Origin: Convolutriloba macropyga
Lineage: Eukaryota
NCBI RefSeq assembly: GCF_964194025.1
Contig: NC_134468.1
Location: 20,336,001 to 20,400,000, forward strand
DNA: 64,000 bases
Direction of reading: 5' to 3'
The notes under the pieces are model-generated. The model saw nothing but the letters and a program-made list of their open reading frames with translations. It made no database searches and was not told the DNA's origin. Shown here piece by piece: positions 1 through 11,300 of the stretch (within the stretch, counting starts at the first letter, position 1; every line of letters starts with the position of its first letter). The translations under genes and the position numbers were made by a program.

Positions 1-292
1 AAGCCGTGACTAAAAATAAAATTTGCCGGAATTTTTCAAAACTTAAAAATAGTTTTTGGAATTATTAAGTTGAACGGGAAGCAAAAAAATTATTTATATA
101 ATCATAACTGATGATTGTAATAAATTCTATCTGTAAAACGCAGCGAGTTAGCGTTGATGCTCAAAGGCTTGGCAATTTTTGCAAAAATAAATCATCAAAA
201 AGCATGGGTTTCAATCGCCTTGTTACAAAATGTCTGAGTTTTTTTGCAACGCACTAGCTTCTTCTCATTATAATAACACGAACCCGTGTCAC

Positions 293-408
293 CTGGACTC
301 CACTCTGATCATCTGAGACGAGAGTGGTTAAAAGGATAGAATGTTTCCGTCTGACTGTAACAGAGCCATGCTTGTGAGCCTCGCTGTGTTTTCTTGTAAA
401 GGAGGAGT
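293..408 (-). CDS. Possible orphan internal exon of an unknown minus-strand gene continuing out of the window
   Basis: Flanked on - by ttttag| and |gtgaca; open frame (D)SSFTRKHSEAHKHGSVTVRRKHSILLTTLVSDDQSGVQ; GC higher than flanks. No recognisable homology and no partner exon found. Confidence 0.3.
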
Positions 409-1348
409 CTAAAACGTATAACTTCAGTTCAATAGGAAGAGATGTATGTGTCATTGGCTTGTAAATCAGATTAAAAAGCTAACACGACGGGCAAACACGG
501 TTCTAAATTTATCTAAATCCCGAACTCTAGACAAAGATTCTGATCCCTGAATTTTAATGTCGCTAATAAAAAGAGCAAAGACACCCCAGTGCTCCTAATA
601 CCGATTGTAAATGCATCGAATACCACTCTCTTCTAATTAATATTATTTTCATTAGGAGTACCTGACAAAATAAAGAAATTGGTAATCAGGTAATCAGAAA
701 AACGTGACGCTTGCCCTTAATATTTGAGTACAAGTGAGCTTTTGATTTTGATTGGTCACGTTGACAACTATTGGTATGCACTTTTGAAACTTTATCCTTC
801 CTACTTGAACGATGCGTTTTAAATTGTATAACTAACTTCTCATGTGGAACTAATTTATTTTTTATTTCTTCTAATTTTTTCAGCTTTAATTAATATTTAT
901 ACAATCCATTCGTTAGTGAACAGACTGCGGGGAAAAGAACATTGCTGCTTGGCAAGTTTTTGAAGTAATCCCTGCGATTGGTCGTGAAGCATTTCAGTCA
1001 AGAATCTTTTCATTTGATATGTTTTCAAATCTTATATACACTTTTTTAAAGTGTTACTTTTTTACGAACGCAAAGAAAAAGTCCAGCAGGGATAGGTTGA
1101 ATCACTAAAAATAATCATGAAAGTTTTGATAACACCGGCTTTCTTTTGAACGACTGCCGAATTATAGATTAACCTTTTTATAAACTTGTTATCGTTTGCG
1201 ATTTCAATTTAAAAATATCGCAATAGCAAAACTCTCATCAATCATGCGTTTTTACTTCACTTTTTTTTGTTTGAATGAGTTGAAAAAAACCAAAAGATTC
1301 CTTTTTGAACTCGGAACTGTAATGGGTCAATAAAATTTTTCCATTTCA

Positions 1349-1871
1349 CCCTAGTCAGGACCTGGCAATATTAAAAGACCGTCCTCGACAGATTTAAGGT
1401 ATGAAAAGACTGTCCTCGACAGATATTGGGTATGAAAAGAATTTGTCTGGACCTAATTTGATCTCCTTGACTTTGGCTGGAACTAAAACAACTGTCCTAG
1501 AACTTGGCTGGAACTAAAACATACGTCATAGAATTTGTCTGGACAATAACGGTTTTCTGCTGGAATTACGCTCGCGACCGTTATTATGACTGGTTTTGAA
1601 TTTCTTTAAAAGTTAAGGTCATGTAGCGCAATTGGTTAAGCATTGGGTAAGATTGGAGAAGGTCACGAGATCGAACCCAGATATTGTCGGAACTTTTTAG
1701 TTTGCCTCATTTTTGCTTATAAAAAAAATTTGGAAAGAAGAATTTGGCCTTATGGAAAGAAGTAGCCTCGAATTTAACTAGGCTCCTCGATTGTGTAATT
1801 TAATTCAATATTTACCCCCCCCCCACCTGGACTTAATAGGTCTTTTCATCAATTCCAGGTGTCGACTAGGG
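1349..1871. mobile_element. CMC/EnSpm-like non-autonomous TIR element (MITE A)
   Basis: Imperfect TIRs ccctagtcaggacctgg / ccaggtgtcgactaggg; internal repeats aagactgtcctcgacagat and ttggctggaactaaaaca; tRNA-like A/B boxes at 1624-1678; flanks (ca/aa) do not form a clean TSD. Confidence 0.6.
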
Positions 1872-2324
1872 AAATTACGATTCTCATTTCTCGTTTTGTC
1901 CACAATTGCCCCGTCCGTAATTTGCAAACGAAATATTGCGAAATTTTTGACGACCTTGATTTCTTTATTTTAGTTTTTTGTAGGCCTTTGCATCCATCCA
2001 AATCATTAACAACACAAAATATCAAATTTTATATGCCACAAACAATTCTCTATCAGAGTTGAGCCCTCCGAGCATAAAGCTTTTTCTGAAAAGCACAATT
2101 TTCGTCATTTTTTTTCTAGCTCAAGTTGCTGTAAATCGTAAAATATTTACAATGACTTCTCTACCCGGGATATGCGTCATTCGTTATGCACTGGCTTCTG
2201 TTTCAATTCAAAAAAGCCTACAGATTTTTTTTTTAAACTTTTTTCGGAGCTCTCACTTTTTTACATATTTTTCTTTTCCTGTTTTGTTTTCAACAATTCT
2301 CAAGCAATGATCATTCGTATTAAG

Positions 2325-5300
2325 ATCAAGATGCAAGTGTATGTGGCCATGAGGTGGCGTGATGAGTTCCTCCGCTGGGATGCAGGAGAACTGAAGATGG
2401 GCAGAGTGATCCGGGTGAAACCAACTGATATCTGGATTCCTGAAGTGGGGTTCCTCAACGCAAAAGAGAACTTCGAGATCCTCAAAGAAGTCACCATATT
2501 TCCCATCAGGTTTCACATGCTATTGTTTGAGACGATCAAATTTTAATTCTGTAGAATTGTCAAAAAAAAAATTAAATTTAATTCTACTGTGAATAGTGCG
2601 TTCAGATGCAATTTTTTCTCACACAGAGCTTACTGTGATATCGAGGGCAATCTTTCCCAGATTGATAAGCTGCCAGACCAACATCAGCAGGGGAGGGGGC
2701 GTTGTGCCTTCGAAGCTACCTAGTCTGTAAGTTAACAAAACGCACGAAAGTCTGGACATCAGCGCACAAAAATCTGAATACTAACGCACAAAAAACTTGA
2801 CATAAGCGATCGGGTGTCTGAAAACAGGAGCCGTAAAACTTTTTTTTGCAACAAAATCTCGATATGAATGCTCTTATTTATTTTCAGTCCAGGACATAAC
2901 AGTTTTGGCACCCTAACACCAAAGTACACAATTAAACGTGTTTGTTTTGGGAATGTAAAAATGAGATCAATAAAATATATTAATTTCAACTCTATAAGTT
3001 GTGTAGTTATCGCAGTTCGTCTGATTTTGAACGCACAAAAGTCTTGACCTGGACATGGAAAACTCCATAGTCCGAACATAAACGAATGAAAATCTGGTCA
3101 ACACTTGAAGGTCTAGACATAGGAAAATTTTATCTAGGACAGTCTGGACATAGTGATTTCCGTCAGGAGCTTCAGTCTAATTGCCGTGATATAAATTGAT
3201 AGAATGTTGAACGAGTGTTTTTGGTTGCTTGATAATTGGTAAAATCCGACAGACTCCCGGACCTAACTGCAAGCCAACATAAGTACTGGCCACGTCTAAT
3301 TCCAAAGTCTAATATGGTTTTTCAGTACAGTGAAAAATTAAATGCATGCCTTACATGTCTTGGCCCAGATTTGGATAACACTTTCAAACTGACTCCCAAA
3401 TCACAACCATCTTTTCAAAAAAATTTTGATTGAAAATTTTGATAATTGGGAAATTTTGTGACGTGCCAAGACTTTGGGGTTTATTAAAAGCTACTTTTCC
3501 CGGGTGCTTAAAAATACTCCACATTTGTCGCGAACAGTAAAGTAACACCCCGGGGGTCAGATTAGCTCAGATTAAAGAGTTTTCAGGTTGTTTACAGGTT
3601 GTTTATAGACACCAAATTTAGCCCCAACCCCGATCCGAACGAAGTCATATTTGGTTTTTTGACCTTTTCTGGTCAGTATATGTCGATTTGCCGGCTTTTT
3701 GACGAATTTTCATCTCTTTTTTGGATGATATTCTTTTTCTGACATTTTCCCGAACTTTTTGTACTATTTCCCGGCTTTTTTACAATTTGCAAAACTATTT
3801 CTGTTCTTTTTCAGGATATTTTTGATGTTTTTTTAAATAATCCAAGTCTGTCTTAGACGGGCACATCTAAATGCAATTCTTGGATAAGACGGGCACATCT
3901 AATTGCAGGTCAGCCAACCCGGGTCCAGATGTCAGCGCCGTTTCAGCGCATCTTTTTGTAAAAAAATGCGCTGAATGCTGAAATTATGTAACACATGCGC
4001 TGAATGCGCTGAAATTTCGAGATGGCGCTGAAACTCTAAAATTTCAGCGCAACTTCAGTGCATTTCTTACATAATTTCAGTGATTTCTCAGTACATTTCT
4101 TACATAAGTTTCAGCAAATTTTTCAGCGCAATTCTTGCAAAGTTTCAGCGCATCTTCAGCGCATTTCTTACATGATTTCAGCGCATTTTCATATCAAACG
4201 TTTTATTATTATAAATTCAAATTAAATGGGAAGCATTTCAGTTCTCAATAGCGCAGTGGATTAATTGATAGATGAGACACAATGATCGGGGTTCGAGCCT
4301 CGGAGCGAAAGAAAAGAGCTAAACTTTTTGAAATTTCAGCGGATTTCAGCGCATTTCTTACAAAGTTTCAGCACTTTTCAGCGCATATCAGCACATTATT
4401 ATGTAAGGTTTTTTGAAAATTGAGCGCATTTCAGCGCATTTCTTACATAATTTTTGGGAAATTTTCTCGACCTGGGAAGACGACTTAGGCAGGACTTGCA
4501 TTTGACGTGCACTTAGAAACTAGGACTTGCATTTAGACTGGCAGGTTTAAAAGGTGCCATGACCATATCTCTAAATCAGCACTGATATAGAACTTGCAAT
4601 TAGACGTGCCCAGTACTGATATTGATTTGGCGTTTAGTCTGGGCTGCCATTTTTGCTTGTATCAGCATAAACTGGTGACGTAATTCCCAAACCTGCACCT
4701 ACCAAAAATGTTCGATTACCTGAGCGTCCTAATGATTCCTATAACACAGTACTATGCTGTTATTTTTACATAGTAATTTGCTATGTAAAAATACATATTT
4801 TATAAGATGGGGTCCGTCGTAAAAAAACATTTGGGGAGGTTGAAATAGAGTAAATCGTACTAGACTATAAAGTCTAATATTAAGTTAAAAAAGCATTCGT
4901 TTATTCACATATGGTAGACAATTTTGTGAGCAAAACGGTTCCAAACTTTTGAACTGAATAAATTCTGGATATGGACACTTGTGGTGCGGTGTAGACATGG
5001 ACAGCTTCAGTCTCGGTTGATCCGAATACCCCAAATTCTGTCGGAAACCTTAGACAAGTATATGCGCACAATCGATAACTCTTTAGCATATAATAGTGCA
5101 ATTGATAACTTAAGTGCTCACTCCACGGGTCGAGGTGTCACCGCTAAAAATCGCTAAAAGATGTAAGATTTGCGGTGAATTTGAAAAAAAGTGTAAGATT
5201 TGCGCTCAATGAGATGAATGCGGTGAAAAAAAAAATTCACCACAAATCTTACAAAAAATCGCCACGTTCATCGCTAAAAGATGTGGGCGCTTTGCGGTGA

Positions 5301-8300
5301 AAAACTTTTTTTCACCGCTATTCACTGCTAACCTTACATTATTTTTTGACCAAACCTCGACCCGGGTCGTATCAATTACAACTAATCACTTTGTTTGTCA
5401 TGCGCGTGCGCGTGTAGAGTGAACTGGATGGGTATGGTGTCGTGGCAGGTGCCTGCTCTGGTCACGACTGCCTGTGTCATGGACAGCACTTACTTCCCAT
5501 ACGATAAACAGATGTGCACAATCACTCTAGGCTCATTCCACCTCAACGACTCTGCCATCAAACTCAACCTCTTTGTAAGTACACCCCCGCACCAAAAACA
5601 ATTGAGGTGCATTTTATAGAAAGGCTTATAAACCGCAATTCATGAGCAACTCGGTCGATGAAATGATGTTGCAGTGACGAAACGCATTTTCAAATGAATT
5701 GAGTTCAATTCTACGAATTATAGAAGAATCTTGTAGTGCATGCATTACCAGTTAATATATCACGATTTAAACCGATACTTGCGTATCCCCTATATTACTG
5801 GCTCTACCGCCAATCAGATAAAATATTTCAGTTCATTATCTTCTTGCAAAACAATGCCTTTCTTAATTTGAATGACATCTTTGCATTCAAATTACACTTT
5901 GTCTTTTTGCAAGTCTATGCTGAACATCACTCTTCTCCTTATTGCGTCGCAATCAACCCCAGTCGAGACCAAATGGTTATCTTGCAAAATCTTGCAAGAA
6001 TCTTGCAAAAAATGGTTATCTTGCAAGATCTTGCAAGACGAATGATTATCTTGCAATATCTTGCAAGATGAACGGTTATCTTGCAAGATTCTTGCAAAAA
6101 ACCAAAGACCTCAAATAATGAGTAAATACATTGATGAGATCAACCATGTATGTCTAAAACGCCGCTGAATTGGTTTTTTGTTGAAATTGACGTAAATTTG
6201 TTGCGATAACATAACGTTTTTCACTGATAAAATAAGTACATGCCGAAAATCGCAAAATTGAGGTCCGAAATTTTTTCGGCCTAAAATGATTTTTCTCTCG
6301 GGCCTAAACGGAAAGTTTCATAAAAACTTTAACGTCGATAACGTATCTGAAATACTAGTTTCCCCAAAAATAGTTCAATGATTGTTTCAATGGTCAATTT
6401 TGTTCACACCAAGTGTGAATGATTTGGTAAGCACCAAAAGGTCGTACAAAAGCATCCAGTGCGTTCCAGCTTATGATATATAATGTTTTATTACACTTTT
6501 TGTTCTGTAAATAAAGATCTTCTGTGAGTCCATTCTTTTTAAATGATTATTAGGTAGCAAGTACCACACAAACTAATTTTGAACAGCCAATTTAGAGTGA
6601 CAAAACTTATAGTTCCTGCAAAAATGTCAACCATACCTTTCGTGTTGCGATAACATAACGTTTTTCACTGATAAAATAGGTAAATGCCGAAAATCACAAA
6701 TGGTCACATTTCTCGAGCTTCCAATCCTTGTTAAACTCATCCTATAGCGGAATTGCGCTTCTACTGAAATATACATATAGTTTAAAGAAGAAAGTTCCAG
6801 GACTTCATCCCATCGGCAACCCATTGGCAACCCATCGTCAGCCCATTGGCAACCCATCGTCAGCCCAATGGCAACCCATCGGAAACCCATCTTCATTCAA
6901 CCCAATAAAACAGAAAATCAAGAATTTTGAAAGAAAAAATACTGAAAAAAAAAGAACTGAAAAAAGAAGATTGAGGAACACCTTTTCTGATGCTATAATT
7001 TAATAATTTTCTGATGTTTTTTATTAAATTAATTTTGTCGATGCGCAGAATATGTGTACATTCAAATATTTCAATTTTTTAAGAGTTGTCAGTCTAAGAC
7101 TAGGTCTCTAGGATGTAGGAGGTTTTTTTGCGCTAAAAATGGTTATCTTGCAAGATCGTGCAAGTCGAATGGGTATCTTGCAAGATCGTGCAAGCCGAAT
7201 GGCTATCTTGCAAGATCGTGCAAGCCGAATGGCTGTCTTGCAAGATTCGTGCAAGACAAATGGTTATCTTGCAAGATTCTTGCAAGACGAATGGTTATCT
7301 TGCAAGATCGTGCAAGATAACCATTCGGATCCGACTAGGGAAGCCACAATTCAATAGTTAGCTTTATTTTTTCTCTTTTTCCTATCAGCACACTCTGCCA
7401 GTAGTAGTTAACTCTTCCTCGGTTTTCGCGGACTAGGAAAAGTCCACAAAAAATCTCGAGCTGAACTCAATCACTTAAGTTTTTTTTCATTTTTGGAGTA
7501 TTTGATTTTAATAATATGTCTGCCCTAAGATATCAATTACTATACCTCCAATTTACAATAAAAAACAGTTAAGGGATGTTTATTGCTTGAGAGCGAACAA
7601 CCAATAGTAGTTACTTGTTAGGAATAGTCCATGACAAATCCAAAGCTGCAGTCATTTAATTAAATTTTACTCTTTTCAAATAATGTGTTTGCACTATGAT
7701 AAATTACTAAACCTACGAGTTATTATTAATAAACAGTTAAAGGGTATTTATTGGCTGATGGAGAATAACCAAATACAAAATAAGCAGAAGGTTAGCTCTG
7801 CCTTTTCAACCTTACCCTGATTACAGAGATGAAAAACTGAAGAACATGACTGTGAGATATACTGGTTCGATTCCAGTTCTGTTCTTTTCACAAAAGCTGC
7901 ACTTGCGGTTATCATTAAAAAAATTATAGTGATTACTTAAAATATAATGAAGATTCAGAATGTGAACATTGGGATCTGCAAAACCGTACAGCTCTGATTT
8001 GATGTGTTGACAGCGGATTGAGAGATACATGCCGACGACTTTCAACTATTTGACCTCTAAACACTTGCATGAACAGACGGAGTGGGAGATACTGTGCTCT
8101 ACCAAATCTTATAACACTGTGGACAGGAGTAAACTGATAGAGGGCAACTCAACTGTACTTCACTTCAATTTCCTCTTCAAACGAAGGCAAGGAATCATAT
8201 CAATTTAACTCAGGTCGAGGTGTGCGCTCAAAATTTCCCTGGTCCAGAACGTCCCAGACCAAAAGTGCCTCTGATCAGATCACTTCAGACCAAAAGTGCA

Positions 8301-11300
8301 CCTGATCAGACTCCAGCGTGCTCGAGTTTCAGTGCGCTCGAAGTGTGTTCGAAATTGGCTTGAATCAGACTCAAGCGAGCTCGACAATTTCTATGCGCTC
8401 GATAAGACCTGCTTTCCTGATCAGACTCACCTGCGTTCGAATTCGTCTCTGATCAGACTCAAGCGCGCTCGACAGTCTCTCTCTGCGCTCAAAAAGACCT
8501 TTTTGCTTTTATTAGTCCGTCAACCCTGGGGCAGTAAGTCATCAAGAATATAAGACAAAAAATGGAATCAAAACAAGATGGTTAAAGTAGATGAGAAAAG
8601 TTTTTTACCTATAGTGCTCTGCTCAAAATCTCCTTTAGCTGTTTGTTTGTAACTCCGCCGTAGCCGGTTCACAGCCCGGGTGAGAGAAGGAGGAAGGTAC
8701 ACACACCAAACATACTGGAAAAATCTCAATAGAATCTAAAAACCATCTCTGATCAGACATGCTTGCGTTCGAAATCGGTTCTGATCAGACTCAGTAGCGC
8801 TCAAAAATGCTCAAAGATCAAAGAGCTTCGAGCGCAGGACTACCGATTATCTTGCGCTTGAGCCGTTTATGATCAGACCCAGTTGCGCTCGAAATTGGTT
8901 ATGATCAGACTCAAGTGCGCTCGAATCAGCGTCCGATCAGACTCAAGTGCGCTCGAATCCGCCTCTTATCAGACTCAAGTGCGCTCGAATCCTCCTCTAA
9001 TCAGACTCGAGTGCCCTCTTGCGCTCGAAATTGCTCTGTAATTTCAAGTGCACAATGGACAGGCTTGCGCTCGAAATGGTCTGGACCAGGGTGATTTCGA
9101 GCGCACGCCTCAACCTGGGAAGTGAATCATCTAAGAACTTGAAGATGTCGGGTTTTTTTTCGAGCTGCGGGGGGCGTCCCGGGCTGAGGAATTTTTTCTG
9201 AACAAATTAAGATCAATGGTAGCCAGCATAGAAAAGTTGGAAAGTTTGCCGCAAGTGAACTTAGTGAAAGTGCTGAATTTATGTAAAATTAACGCGTATG
9301 TAACTACTAGCTACATAATAAAAGAGCGCGGAGCTTAAAAACTGCGAATTTTTATCACATTAGGATTCGATCATACATTATTTCGACGCATTCAATGCTA
9401 ATCTTACAAAATTAGTTGCCCTGATTACATCTCTGGCTTGTGTTGCAAAAATAAAGAGTATAGAGTGGATAGAATTGACAGAGGAAGAAATGATAGAATT
9501 TGTTAATTTTCGCCACTTCCACCTCAAAAAAGAAATTTTTGTTAACATACAAGAATTTACAAATCCAAAAAATCAGTGGCAGTCATTCAATTCACAAGTA
9601 TATGAGGTAAATAGTTGTAATACACTCAAAAATAATTATTTTACTACTTAGAAATTTAATCAGTAATCTAAAAAAATTTTGTCACAGACCCAAATACTAC
9701 GAGTACACAGTACTGTACCCAATGAGTCTGATTGCTTTCATGGCCACTTTCGCATTCACACTCCCGAATGGATCTGGAGAGAAGATCACATACTCAGTCA
9801 CAATCCTGTTGTCCCTCATTTTCAACCTCTCTTCCATCGGAGAGTTTTTCCCAAACAACGGAGACCACTTCCCAGTTGTGGCCAGGATGTTCCTCTTCTG
9901 GATATTTTTAGTGGGTGTGTCAATTGTACAGAGCACCCTCATTCTCTGGATTTATGCCTCGCCAGAGAAACCAACCCAAGTCCCACAGGTATGACCAGAC
10001 CCAAATAAATGTTGCGAATTGCTCCCAAATTTTATTTGTTTACTTGAAGTTATGGTTTTACGTGCTCAGAAAATGGTCTATCGGGGGCTGTGAACAAGAC
10101 ACGAATATGCGAATTGCACTTCCAATTTTTTTCAATCATTAGAGATTTTTTAAAATGCGAGAACGATATACCATAGACCCAAACACTCATTTTGTTCGAT
10201 CTTTTTAGCCCGAACTTCAAGGCGCTACGCGTCTCTAAATTGAACAGATAAAAATTTCCATAATTCTTTTTGTTTGGTAATAACTGTTATTCAGACTTCA
10301 AAATTTGACGTTGTGTTCAACCGATGACATTTTTGTCATATTTTTGACATTCCTAGGCAGGCTGTTGCCTAAATTGTTCCGACCCACTTTTTTAGAATTC
10401 TAATTTTGAAGAGCGTCCTGAAAAAATATGATTTGAATAATTATTCAAACATAATTTTTTCACCCATTTCTGCAAAATTAAAAAGAGCTTTTTTGTTTTC
10501 ATCGAATGCTTTTTGTATCCTCTTGCCTCTTCCACAAACATTTGAAAGAAAGCTTTTAAACAAATTTGCAAGTATTCCTAGAATATGCTTCTTCGAAGCA
10601 CCGAGTTCTAAACAGACCCATTCGATGCTTGTAAATTATTTTGTTGAATATCATCTCTTTCACTCAATCTTTCTTGAGAACGCTTCAACTTAATATTGTT
10701 TGACCAGATCTGCTTCAATCGCATCTTTTTCTTTCTTGCTCTGACAGCCCGTGTCGAATTTTTACCCCAAAAAGTGTAAGATTATAGGTAATCCCCTCTA
10801 AACATTTACATCATTTTGGGGGTAATGGGTGGTAATTCAATGCAAGAGTGCGGGTGGGAGTAAAAGAGGTAATTTTGGGGGGTAAAATGTTGCAATAGTA
10901 GGGGTAATTTTGGGGGGTAAAATGATGCAAGTGTAGGGTGTTATTATCCCATTTGGAGGCCCTAATCTTACACGGTTTTAGCCCCCATACTCGAATTCTG
11001 ACAGCCTTGAAACCGCAACCTCTGTACACTCTGCCGATTCTCTTTAGCCATAAAACCATCAATGCTTGCCCAACTCTTAAATTCTCAAAATTCCCCCCCC
11101 CCCCCCATTGCTCCACATTACCCCCTAATCTTACATCCCTTTACCCCCTAAAATTTCCCCCTAATCCTACATCTTTTTGGGGCGTAAAATCTAAAAATTC
11201 CCCCCTTACCCCTACCCTCAATCTTTCATCGTCCCCCCCCTAAAATTACCCCCCCCCCCCCAAAAAAAAAAATTTACCTCTTTTTCGGGGGTATTTTTTG

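Noticed and set aside
378-443. + strand peptide FLVKEESKT aligning neatly with nAChR VDEKNQ as the missing upstream exon
   Set aside because: In-frame TGA at 375-377, no good acceptor, and the gtataa donor phase does not fit the 2325 acceptor without a non-canonical site.
1617-1680. tRNA gene (also 4245-4305)
   Set aside because: A/B boxes present but no acceptor or anticodon stems; treated as tRNA-derived cassettes.
5736-7361. ORFs with MVILQDLAR/NGYLARSCK repeats
   Set aside because: Translations of MITE D subterminal arrays, open on both strands.
8260-9060. CRISPR-like repeat-spacer pattern (also 28440-29220 and 37584-37802)
   Set aside because: Repeats are degenerate with short related spacers, bounded by TIRs in two cases, no cas genes, eukaryotic context.
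10811-11243. Two 101-aa ORFs / telomere-like GGGGTAA repeats
   Set aside because: Low-complexity interior of MITE F; not a regular tandem telomeric array.
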